From Ignavibacteriales bacterium (GTDB lineage: Bacteria; Bacteroidota; Ignavibacteria; UBA10030; UBA6906), in assembly GCA_037441705.1 (NCBI GenBank), contig JBBIRR010000017.1, positions 10,699 through 74,698 of the forward strand: a DNA stretch of 64,000 nucleotides, written 5' to 3'. Positions 56,048-64,000 of the stretch are shown in pieces (the stretch's first letter is position 1; every line of letters starts with the position of its first letter). The position numbers and the translations under genes were made by a program. The notes beneath the pieces are model-generated. The model did not search any database and was not told where the DNA came from. It saw only the letters and a list, made by a program, of their open reading frames with translations.

Positions 56048-56623
56048 TTACTGAGCTGGCGGCTGAAAGCAGCGACGGCAGCGTGCCTCATAAGCTTCTT
56101 TCGCTCCCACAAGCACACGTTCACTGGATGGCGTGGTCCGCTGTGTGCGATCGGCGGGGTTCCCGCAGACAACGCAGATTGCCAGAGTTTTCGTGATATA
56201 CTCGGCTACCGCGAGTAGCTGCGGCATCGGCTCGAAAGGCTTGCCACGATAGTCCTGATCAAGCCCCGCGATCACCACCCGCTTTCCTTGATTGGCAAGT
56301 CGCTCGGCTACATCGACAAGACCGACATCGAAGAATTGACCTTCGTCTATTCCGATAACCTGTGCGTCCTTGGCAAGTTCTTCAATCTCAGCTGAACTTG
56401 ATACTACGAGTGACTTCAGCTTGGCGTCGCTGTGAGAGACGATGTGGTCGGAGCTGTACCGCTGGTCAATTCGCGGCTTGAAGATTGCGACTCGCTGTTT
56501 GGCTATTTCTGCACGGCGCAATCGGCGGATCAGCTCCTCCGTCTTGCCGCTGAACATACAGCCGACGATGACCTCAATCCACCCGGTGCCTTTGGGCGAA
56601 TCGTGTATCGTTGGAATACTCAT
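56048..56623 (-). CDS. tdk: Thymidine kinase
   Basis: [30 protein letters not shown], Zn ligands CVVC and CRRC. Confidence 0.97.
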   Translation of the reverse strand: MSIPTIHDSPKGTGWIEVIVGCMFSGKTEELIRRLRRAEIAKQRVAIFKPRIDQRYSSDHIVSHSDAKLKSLVVSSSAEIEELAKDAQVIGIDEGQFFDVGLVDVAERLANQGKRVVIAGLDQDYRGKPFEPMPQLLAVAEYITKTLAICVVCGNPADRTQRTTPSSERVLVGAKEAYEARCRRCFQPPAQ

Positions 56624-57030
56624 CGTTTCGATCTCTGCTTGATGAAATTCTTCGGCCCGAAAGGATAGGGAAACAGCTCGCTCATTTTGAGCACACGCAG
56701 GTTGCCGTACTTGTCGGCCATGACGAAGTCAATATCGCCCGCAAGGTCCATGATGACCTGCCGGCATGCTCCGCAGGGTGAAGTGAACCCGTCTTCGTCG
56801 GTTGCAACGGCGATCGCGCGAAAATTTCGCTCGCCTTCAGACACCGCTTTGAAGAGAGCCGCACGTTCAGCGCACAGAGTGAGGGCATAGGAGCTGATTT
56901 CGATATTGCACCCTGTATACACCTTGCCGCTCTTTGTGAGAAGTGCAGCCCCAACGCGAAAGCCGGAATAGGGTGAGTAGGAATTCTTACGAGCACCTAC
57001 TGCTTTCCTGGCAAGGGCCTTATAGTCCAT
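56620..57030 (-). CDS. cdd: Cytidine deaminase (homotetrameric type)
   Basis: YSPYS-FRVGAA, GCNIE, CAER, PCGACRQ; true start ATG 57030. Confidence 0.95.
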   Translation of the reverse strand: MDYKALARKAVGARKNSYSPYSGFRVGAALLTKSGKVYTGCNIEISSYALTLCAERAALFKAVSEGERNFRAIAVATDEDGFTSPCGACRQVIMDLAGDIDFVMADKYGNLRVLKMSELFPYPFGPKNFIKQRSKR

Positions 57031-57059
57031 TGAGAGTTTTTTTTGAAAAGGGTGTGAAA

Positions 57060-57088
57060 AATATAGGCAAAGACCCTCTGATGTGCAA
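57060..57088 (-). promoter_or_regulatory. Sigma70 promoter of the cdd-tdk-nupC-punA operon
   Basis: Minus strand TTGCAC-N17-TATATT. Confidence 0.6.
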
Positions 57089-57160
57089 CTAACTTCACCG
57101 CAGGACACCAGGTGAAGATCGGGCGGCGCGCGAGCAACGTCGCTTTCTGCTTGCTCACAT

Positions 57161-57898
57161 CTACTGAGTTGGAGTGAAGCTGAAGATGTACAATCGCTCG
57201 AAGGGGTAACGTTTCGAGGAGAGAAGCTTCCACGTAAAGCCTCCCTCGATGAAAAGCCCAACCTGCTCCGCCACCATGCCGTCCGAAGAGAGAATGCAAA
57301 GAACAGATCCGCCCGGTTGAAGCAACTTCCCGGCTTCATGCGCAACTGTTCGGATGAAGTGTTGGTCGGCGCCGCCCTTCCATGCTGCATCCGCCGCAGA
57401 CGTCGGTTCACCCTCAAAGAAGGGGGGATTGGTGATGAGATAGTCGAACGTTCCTGCATCCGGTATTTTTTCGAACAAGTCCGACTCGATCACCGTTATC
57501 CGCTCCGAGAGACCGTTCGTTGCCGCATTCATTTGCGTGCACACAACAGCCTGCGGGTTGATGTCGACGGCAACCACCAATGCTCCGCCGCGAGCAGCAA
57601 CAAGAGAGAGAATTCCCGATCCGCATCCGAGATCAAGAACCCTCTTACCGCTGAAGTCAATTTGCTCGGCAAGAACGTTCGCAAAGTAACGACTCGAGAA
57701 GTAAAGCGAAGGATGGAAGACTCCCGGTAAGATTGTTAAATCAAAGTCCATAATTCTTGTATCGCAAGGTTCTTGAGCATTTCTTCTCACAACAAATCTA
57801 ATAGCAAATCGTGTGAGAAGCCCTCGCATTCGTCTGGCAGTCTTGCCTACCGAAGGGGGTTGAGGAAGCATCTCGAGGATCGGGCGTGTTGGCTGCAC
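57161..57898 (-). CDS. HemK/PrmC-like class I SAM N-methyltransferase
   Basis: PGVF-P, VLDLGCGSG, DINP-A, SDLF, NPPF; abuts the radical SAM stop; start uncertain. Confidence 0.82.
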   Translation of the reverse strand: MQPTRPILEMLPQPPSVGKTARRMRGLLTRFAIRFVVRRNAQEPCDTRIMDFDLTILPGVFHPSLYFSSRYFANVLAEQIDFSGKRVLDLGCGSGILSLVAARGGALVVAVDINPQAVVCTQMNAATNGLSERITVIESDLFEKIPDAGTFDYLITNPPFFEGEPTSAADAAWKGGADQHFIRTVAHEAGKLLQPGGSVLCILSSDGMVAEQVGLFIEGGFTWKLLSSKRYPFERLYIFSFTPTQ

Positions 57899-59428
57899 TC
57901 AGAATCCCTCAGTCTCAGGTTGACGGTAGTGATAGGCTCGTTGCATCAGCGCAATCTCATACGGGGCATGATAGATGGAATAGCGGTATCGCCACCCACC
58001 CAGAATGCGTAGCGTGAGCCGCTGGAGAGGTGAGAGATGGAGATCGGAGAGGGTTGGAAACGTCGCGTTGAGCACGCGCTCGAAATTTTTTATTCGGCGG
58101 AGCGTCCTCTGAGAGAGCCATGGCGTAACAGGTCGTTTTCGTAAATCGTGGGCTTGCCACGTGGGCAGCAGCCACTCGTCGAGCGATTTGGGGTACGCGA
58201 AGCCGTAGCGCTCGGCGACCTGGAAAAGCTCTGCCTCTTCGAAGAACACGGGAGAATAGACGTAGATTATGATTTCTGTATTCGGGTTCAATTTCTTGAT
58301 TTGTTTGATGTAAGTGATGTCCTGATCGAGAATCTCATCGGGAGACTCTGTGGGAGTGCCCAAGACGAACGAAAGCTCCGGAATAATTCCGAGTTCTCTC
58401 ATCTTCGTCACGAGCTGGAATGTCGTATCCGGCGTCTGAGTCCCGCCTTTCTTCATCAAGTCAAGAACGGATTGGGAGGCAGACTCCGCGCCAAAGAAAA
58501 TCATCTTGCAGCCGGCTTTCTGAATCAGGCGCCACGTTGCGTCGTCGTACTGCAGCATAGTGTCCGGACGAGCTTCGCCCCACCACGAGATGCCTTGGCC
58601 CACGATGCGTTCGGCAAACTCGTATGTTCGCCTTTCGGAGGTGAAGAAGTTGTTGTCGTGAAACTCAACCGCATCGATCGAGTGATGTTTCTTAAACCAA
58701 AGAAGATCCGAAGCAATACGGCGTGCGTCGAGACCTGCCCATCGGGCTTTGTACGAAGCCGCCACTGCGCAAAAGCCGCAGAGGAATGGGCATCCGACGC
58801 TTGAGTGATAGTTTACGGTTCGTGCTCCGAGGTACGTCCGCCCGATGTACCGAGCAACGGGGACGCGATGGTAGGGTAAAGGAGGCAGTGTGTTGGGATC
58901 AATGAGTCCCTGGCGCTCATTGTGGCGAATTTCTCCGTTGACGTATGAAAGACCCTTGATGGATTGGAGCGAGCCACCGTGTTCTAACGTATCGAGCAGC
59001 AAACGAAATGCATAATCACCTTGATCACGAATGACGTAATCCACATAGGATGAATGTAAAACAACATTCGTCTGAAGTGTTGGAAAGTAACCGCCCCAGA
59101 TGATTCTTGTGTGGGGATGGCGTGCGCGGATGGCTTTCGAAAGCGGTATCGCTTGCAACAACTGCGGGCCCGGCATGACGGTAATGCCGACGTACTTGAC
59201 GGGATGTGTGTCAAGTGTAGAGAGTACAGTTTCGAGAAGGTTCGCGTCGAGGTTGCCGTCGAGGATCTCATAGGAGTACGTTCCTTCGAGCGACGCTCCA
59301 ATCGAAAGTACGGAGAGCGGGATGCGTGCACGCCAGTTCGTGGCGCGAGGGTTGATGAGGAGAACTATGGGACTGTTCCGTCGCTCCACGGTGCCGATGA
59401 GATTCTTTGGTCGTTCCGTGACGATCAC
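57899..59428 (-). CDS. Cobalamin-binding radical SAM protein
   Basis: B12-binding N-domain (PLS, WGGYFPT), CPFLCGFC (CxxxCxxC), DNNFF, GAES, SFVLG-P. Confidence 0.92.
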   Translation of the reverse strand: MIVTERPKNLIGTVERRNSPIVLLINPRATNWRARIPLSVLSIGASLEGTYSYEILDGNLDANLLETVLSTLDTHPVKYVGITVMPGPQLLQAIPLSKAIRARHPHTRIIWGGYFPTLQTNVVLHSSYVDYVIRDQGDYAFRLLLDTLEHGGSLQSIKGLSYVNGEIRHNERQGLIDPNTLPPLPYHRVPVARYIGRTYLGARTVNYHSSVGCPFLCGFCAVAASYKARWAGLDARRIASDLLWFKKHHSIDAVEFHDNNFFTSERRTYEFAERIVGQGISWWGEARPDTMLQYDDATWRLIQKAGCKMIFFGAESASQSVLDLMKKGGTQTPDTTFQLVTKMRELGIIPELSFVLGTPTESPDEILDQDITYIKQIKKLNPNTEIIIYVYSPVFFEEAELFQVAERYGFAYPKSLDEWLLPTWQAHDLRKRPVTPWLSQRTLRRIKNFERVLNATFPTLSDLHLSPLQRLTLRILGGWRYRYSIYHAPYEIALMQRAYHYRQPETEGF

Positions 59429-60702
59429 GGCGTGTTTGTGTGTTGCGGTACGAGCGTGATGCGCGTGATTTCCGGAGGGCAGTTCAACCGAATGGGAAGG
59501 CCTACCGTGCCGATGCCGCGATTGACGTACATCTGCGTCTCGCCGAGCGCATACTTGCCCCAGACATACCGGGACGCGATGGAGGCGGGGGCGATTACCA
59601 CATTCCCCAGTGTTGCAAGAACGACCTGCCCACCGTGCGTGTGGCCGCTCAGTACCAAATCAATATTCTGGTTGGATGCCTGTCGCAAAAAGTACGGGCG
59701 GTGAACCATGAGAATCTTCGGGACATTTGCCGGTGCGGAGCCGAGCGCGATGGCAAACTTCTCCTGTGCGCGCTGCGGGGTTCCTACATCATCCACGCCC
59801 AGGAGAGAAAACGAGCCGCCGTTTTTCGAGACAAGCACGTTGTCGTTTCGCAGCAGTCGAATGCCACACGCGTCCACCTCCCGAGCAACAACTTCCGGTT
59901 CGCGGGCGAAGAAATCGTGGTTGCCCATCACGCCGTACACACCATGCGGCGCACGAAGCCCGCTAAACGCCTCGGCGAGCGGATACACTTCCTCCGTCAT
60001 GCTGTTGACGAAGTCGCCCGTCACGAGAATCATGTCGCAGTTGAGTGAGTTGACCACGCGTGCGTATTCCTCCATCTCGTAGCGCAGCATGTTGTAACTG
60101 GAGTGAATGTCGCTGATGAGCGCGATCGTGAAGCCGTTCAACGAGGGATGGAGGTTGCGAATGGGAAAGACCGCTTCGGTAATCTCATACTCTTTTTTCC
60201 CCACAAGCATGCCGTAGGCCGTGCCGCCAAACGAAATCGCCGTAAGCCCGTACATGCTGCGGCGGAGGAAGGTTCTTCTGCTCGCGTCGAAGCGGCGAAA
60301 ACGCTCGTCGGCCTTCATTCTCTCGACGCTTCTGCGCGTGGACGGAATGAGTTTCAGGCCGAAGCCCACGAGCCTAATCGGAAGCTTGATGAGGGACGAA
60401 ACGATCAGAAAGAGTCCGATGAACAACGTCGCTCCATGCCAGATGAAGAAGGGATAGGCGGCGACGTAGAGAAACCACAGCGGGAACTCGCCGACGCGAG
60501 GTCGGACGATCGCAACGTACAGAAGCGCAAGATTCATCACCACAAACAGGATGATGCTGATTCGCTGTTTCCATCGGTCGCCCGGAAAAGTCTCCGCAAG
60601 CCACCGCCTGGTTCGCAGGAAGAGCAAGAGCTGAATGCCAAACAACAGAATCGGGATACCGATGCGAAACACGATGAGTCCTACCTCATGAGAAAACGGC
60701 AT
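59425..60702 (-). CDS. Membrane-anchored metallophosphoesterase (YkuE/YaeI-like)
   Basis: N-terminal TMs, RRTFL, SDIH, TGD, GNHD, H-P, SGHTHGGQ, VNRGIG, R-NCPPEI. Confidence 0.92.
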   Translation of the reverse strand: MPFSHEVGLIVFRIGIPILLFGIQLLLFLRTRRWLAETFPGDRWKQRISIILFVVMNLALLYVAIVRPRVGEFPLWFLYVAAYPFFIWHGATLFIGLFLIVSSLIKLPIRLVGFGLKLIPSTRRSVERMKADERFRRFDASRRTFLRRSMYGLTAISFGGTAYGMLVGKKEYEITEAVFPIRNLHPSLNGFTIALISDIHSSYNMLRYEMEEYARVVNSLNCDMILVTGDFVNSMTEEVYPLAEAFSGLRAPHGVYGVMGNHDFFAREPEVVAREVDACGIRLLRNDNVLVSKNGGSFSLLGVDDVGTPQRAQEKFAIALGSAPANVPKILMVHRPYFLRQASNQNIDLVLSGHTHGGQVVLATLGNVVIAPASIASRYVWGKYALGETQMYVNRGIGTVGLPIRLNCPPEITRITLVPQHTNTP

Positions 60703-60741
60703 ACGGCGACTGATTCAAGATACGCATTGAATACAACGCTG

Positions 60742-60770
60742 AAGATATGAATTCAGTTCTCAGCGCGCAA
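60742..60770 (-). promoter_or_regulatory. Putative internal sigma70 promoter upstream of the metallophosphoesterase gene
   Basis: Minus strand TTGCGC-N17-TATCTT, followed by the inverted repeat ATTCAA-N8-TTGAAT at 60713-60732. Confidence 0.45.
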
Positions 60771-61979
60771 GGACCTTGCAGACAACAGTGAGAGTCCGAA
60801 CAGCGCCGTCATGAGAAACAGGCGTGGATAGGCGAGAAGCGTGAGCAGGCCGGCGCCATCAAACTGTTGGAACAAGCTGTAGGGCAGAAAACCTATGGCG
60901 GTGTAACATGTGACGGTGGCAAGCGCAAGATTTGTTTGTCCGCTGCGAGAGAACCGCTGCAGCAGAATGCCCACCGGAAGCCACAGCAGCACGAAGTGAT
61001 AGGTTGCAGTTGCCGGTGCAACGAGTAACCCCGCGGTGAGAAGGATTGCTACCGACAGCTCGGGCAGCGTTTCATCATCCTTCACACGCAATATCGCTCG
61101 GATGGTCAGAGCCAGCGGAAAGAGCAGCGACGCCGCAGTTGCCAGATGGTACGCTGTCGTCGAGTCAATCCAGGGGTTAGGATTGAGCAAAGGATCAAAC
61201 AGGAAAAGGCGGCGGAACAAACTTCGAAACGATTGGAATGTGAACGAGTACACGTCCTGTCCCGACAAATCTGCTTGAAGATGCGCTCCCAGGACAGAGA
61301 ACAACCACACACGATGAATCTCCCAGCCGAGTATCAGAATGCTGATAGCAAAGATGGCGACGACGGTAGCGACGCACGCCAGGACGGTCTGCCATCGTCG
61401 CTTGAGGATTTCATTAAGGAGAAGAAGCACGGAGAAGTATTTTATTGGGAGAAGCGACCCGATGCAAATTCCAGCGATGACGCATTTGCTCCTGCGCCTG
61501 AAGGAAACGGCTGCAAGCATCGAAAGCGAGAGCGCGAGGTAGAGCTGACCAAAGCGAAAACAGTTTGCGAGTCCCCAGCCCGAGAGCATCACGAACAGTG
61601 TCGAGTGGAGCAGCGAGAAATCGAAGAGCCGACGAATGATGTGAACGGAAAGACCAAGGCACAGGAGATTGAGTATCGACATCACCTGAAGAGCCGTCAG
61701 CGGAGGTAAGAATGAGAACGGGATAAACAGAAGGGCCGTCGGAGGCGGAAAGGGAGAGAACTTGCCCTGTTGATTCATTCCGAGGCGGTAGATCTCGTTC
61801 TGAAACCACGCGTCGTCGTACAGCCGCTCGACGTTCGTCCCGGTGCGGGCAAGAGCACCTGCGGCGTAGTAGTTCGGAAAATCCGTGTCGATGTGCGTGA
61901 ACGCCGGCAGCACGCCGCGCCAGAGAACGAATGTGCCGGCGGCGGCAAGAAGCACATACGAAAGGTGTCGGTTCAGCAT
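60753..61979 (-). CDS. GT87/DUF2029-family GT-C membrane glycosyltransferase
   Basis: DF--YY-A after the first TM, -PP--ALLF-P, GQ, IK-F and -HF--L-LP motifs; polytopic. Confidence 0.78.
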   Translation of the reverse strand: MLNRHLSYVLLAAAGTFVLWRGVLPAFTHIDTDFPNYYAAGALARTGTNVERLYDDAWFQNEIYRLGMNQQGKFSPFPPPTALLFIPFSFLPPLTALQVMSILNLLCLGLSVHIIRRLFDFSLLHSTLFVMLSGWGLANCFRFGQLYLALSLSMLAAVSFRRRSKCVIAGICIGSLLPIKYFSVLLLLNEILKRRWQTVLACVATVVAIFAISILILGWEIHRVWLFSVLGAHLQADLSGQDVYSFTFQSFRSLFRRLFLFDPLLNPNPWIDSTTAYHLATAASLLFPLALTIRAILRVKDDETLPELSVAILLTAGLLVAPATATYHFVLLWLPVGILLQRFSRSGQTNLALATVTCYTAIGFLPYSLFQQFDGAGLLTLLAYPRLFLMTALFGLSLLSARSLRAEN

Positions 61980-63151
61980 GTCAACGCAAGGGCGCGTTCC
62001 TTGAGGAGTGATTGCACTGCTTGCTCTACCTCATCCACCGACAATTCCTTCATACACCGAGCTTCGTACGGGCACATGAAGAGCTTGGCATTGTAGAGGT
62101 TGAGACATGGACTGCACGGAAGTTGCTTGTACAGCACGCGGACGTTCGCGAGGGGGCCATAAAACTGCGGAGACTCCGGGCCGAAGAGAGCAACCAGAGG
62201 TGTTCCTGCAGCAGCGGCTATGTGCATCGGGCCGCTATCGTTTGTAATGAAGAGGCGGCAGTGTCGAAGCAGAGCGATGAACTCCCCAAGGGTGAGCAGA
62301 CCGGCACAGTTGACGATGCACGACGCAAGCTCCGGGCGGCTTTCCATTGCAGCCTGCACGTAGGGTCGCTCATCGGAACTGCCGGTGAAGAAGAAGCGAC
62401 GGGCGGGATTGTCGTGATGGAGGCGCGCAACAAGTTCGAGAAACCGATCGCGCGGCCAGCGGCGCTCCAGCGATGTCGCTCCCGCGTTGATGTTGACGCC
62501 AATCCACTCCACACCGTTCGTACCGAGCTTCAGTTTTCTCCGCATCGAAAGTTCTTCTGCTCGGGTGGGATGGAGAACGGGCAGCGTGCATGTTGACGGC
62601 GTATCAACACCTACCGCTTCAAGCTGACGCATGAAAACATGGGCAACATGTTCATCGCGGTTGATGGGAACGGCGTGCGTGACGTTCGCTCTCCTCCAGA
62701 ATGTCGGCAGTGCGTATCCCACCCGAACGGCCGCTCCGGTCAGTGTCGAGAGCAGCGTGGAATACTTCGAGAAAAACTCCAAGTCGAACACGACGTCAAC
62801 GCGTGCTCGTCGGAGAGCAAACAGAACGGCAAACGTGTCGTGGACGAATACAAAGAACGATGATGTACGCACGGCGAGGGTCTCGACCGCAACAGGAAGT
62901 CGCTCGAGCATCTCTCTGTTGGACGAGAAGGTGAGGAAGTGAATTCGGGCGTTCGGGTAGGCCCGGTGCAATGCCTCGAGGAAGGGCGTTGTCAGCAGGA
63001 CGCTTCCCAGGCCAAAGAATTTGATGACGAGAATGGAACGGATCGTCCCCGGCTGAAGGCGGCGACTGCGCGCGTGCAGCATGCCGGCGAGCCAGCACAA
63101 GGGGACACCCACCCACCGATCGAGCCGGCGCATCAGGCGAACGTTCATCAT
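61973..63151 (-). CDS. Glycosyltransferase family 9 (heptosyltransferase-like)
   Basis: ILVIK--GLG-V-L-TP, RRWP, G---E, ITNDSGPMHIAAA-G-P-VALFGP, C-terminal CSPC...C...CM; ATG 63151 overlaps the upstream stop. Confidence 0.9.
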   Translation of the reverse strand: MMNVRLMRRLDRWVGVPLCWLAGMLHARSRRLQPGTIRSILVIKFFGLGSVLLTTPFLEALHRAYPNARIHFLTFSSNREMLERLPVAVETLAVRTSSFFVFVHDTFAVLFALRRARVDVVFDLEFFSKYSTLLSTLTGAAVRVGYALPTFWRRANVTHAVPINRDEHVAHVFMRQLEAVGVDTPSTCTLPVLHPTRAEELSMRRKLKLGTNGVEWIGVNINAGATSLERRWPRDRFLELVARLHHDNPARRFFFTGSSDERPYVQAAMESRPELASCIVNCAGLLTLGEFIALLRHCRLFITNDSGPMHIAAAAGTPLVALFGPESPQFYGPLANVRVLYKQLPCSPCLNLYNAKLFMCPYEARCMKELSVDEVEQAVQSLLKERALALTC

Positions 63152-63957
63152 CCACCTACGCGGCGGAAGACATACACGACGTGATCGCCCCACGACTGAA
63201 GGCGGGCGTTCTTCGGGATGGAGTTGTCCAGGGCTTCCAACACACGGACGCCCCTGCCGAGTATGCGGTGCGCAAGAAGTGAGGAAGGAGGAGGCGAGAA
63301 GATGTTCAATCCCCTCATCTCCACCAAAACAAAGAACGGACTGAACAATTTCTTGACCTGTTCGGGTGAGTAGTAATGCACCCATACTTTTTCGCCCTTC
63401 ACATCAGCAAGCACACCGAGAGGTTGCTGTCGCCGGAAGGCTTTCTTCCACTTGCCTCGAACAAGGAACGACGCGGTTTCCCAGAATGAAAAATCCGAAA
63501 GCAGACAAAGAACGATGTACTTTCCTCGCTTGACGAGAGCGGCAAGATCGGTAGCAACCATTTCCAACCTTGGAGCGCAATTCAGTCCGCCGAAGTTGGA
63601 ATATGCCCCGTCGAAGTGCTGCTCCGAAAGCGTCCGCAGGTGGTGGAAGGGGAGTTGCATCGGGGTGATCAAGGAATGAAGACCCGTGCGTTGAATCTTT
63701 CGCCGCGTCATGGCGATCATCTCCGCCGACGCATCCGTCGCGATGATGTGCATGCCCTTGGAGGCAAGCTCGATGGCATCGGTTCCCGTCCCGCAGTTCA
63801 ATTCCAAGAGCGTATCCCCGGTATGAAAATATTTGTGGTAGATTTCCCAGACAGCGCGGCGCAGGCGTCGGGTTGCGGGCAAACTTTCGAATTCTTCGTC
63901 GTACGATTGCGCAGCGCGGTCAAAAGCGATTTCGGCCGAAAGTACTCTGGTGGTCAT
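63148..63957 (-). CDS. Class I SAM-dependent methyltransferase
   Basis: FD--A--YD--F, LELNCGTG-DA, D-S--M, FDGAYSNFGGLNC. Confidence 0.9.
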   Translation of the reverse strand: MTTRVLSAEIAFDRAAQSYDEEFESLPATRRLRRAVWEIYHKYFHTGDTLLELNCGTGTDAIELASKGMHIIATDASAEMIAMTRRKIQRTGLHSLITPMQLPFHHLRTLSEQHFDGAYSNFGGLNCAPRLEMVATDLAALVKRGKYIVLCLLSDFSFWETASFLVRGKWKKAFRRQQPLGVLADVKGEKVWVHYYSPEQVKKLFSPFFVLVEMRGLNIFSPPPSSLLAHRILGRGVRVLEALDNSIPKNARLQSWGDHVVYVFRRVGG

Positions 63958-64000
63958 TGGGTTAGGTCCTTTCGTGAGCTGTGAGGCGCATGCCGAGACG

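Noticed and set aside
57031-57459. Long N-terminal extension of cdd and the A8/T8 run at 57037-57044 as a phase-variation or frameshift site
   Set aside because: The extension overlaps the methyltransferase and a clear promoter; the run lies in the 5' UTR and no reading frame is broken.
63152-63385. Upstream extension of the GT9 ORF suggesting a fusion or long overlap
   Set aside because: It overlaps the methyltransferase in another frame; ATG 63151 gives a standard ATGA coupling.
1-64000. CRISPR arrays, transposases, prophage, toxin-antitoxin or defence systems
   Set aside because: No regularly spaced direct repeats or recognisable mobile/defence protein motifs were seen; nearly all sequence is accounted for by housekeeping or envelope genes.

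Overview
Gene-dense, mostly core-genome bacterial window. The most likely source is an Ignavibacteria/Chlorobi-related member of the Bacteroidota (inference from a T9SS-type C-terminal domain, a PorT-like barrel, BshB1, System I* ccm genes, a Rieske/cytb pair without c1, and E. coli-like TTGnnn-N17-TAnnnT promoters rather than Bacteroidia TAnnTTTG promoters). It holds about 64 CDS, tRNA-Lys(CTT) and tmRNA. I found no CRISPR array, integrase, transposase or prophage. Contents in order: ugd-uxs-DUF2279-wzi; bcp-PTPS-folE-SDR; Spy/CpxP; TPR lipoprotein-pyrK-pyrD-folC; rho-thiolase-hbd-acyl-CoA dehydrogenase; three beta-barrel OMPs; lemA-TPM-giant PAS/GAF kinase-response regulator-nitrilase; hypothetical-bamD-thioesterase-VCBS-metalloprotease-ccmABCDEF (ccmD is missing from the ORF track); DUF2231/bshB1; xseAB-dxs-ribD-ribE; secG-tRNA; ygfZ-AlkZ-like-LOG-ssrA; dapF-DAGK-Rieske-cytb-small membrane protein; nucleoside salvage operon; and a methyltransferase/GT9/GT87/metallophosphoesterase/B12-radical SAM/methyltransferase cluster running off the right edge. 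The best candidates for undescribed biology are that B12-radical SAM envelope-modification cluster, a eukaryote-like tetrahydrobiopterin operon (PTPS-II, FolE, SDR), a soluble 7-PAS/4-GAF kinase with a degenerate KaiC-like N-terminus paired with a REC-pseudo-HisKA partner, and a heme-less third ORF in the Rieske/cytb operon. All calls come from motif recognition by eye; no database search was run.
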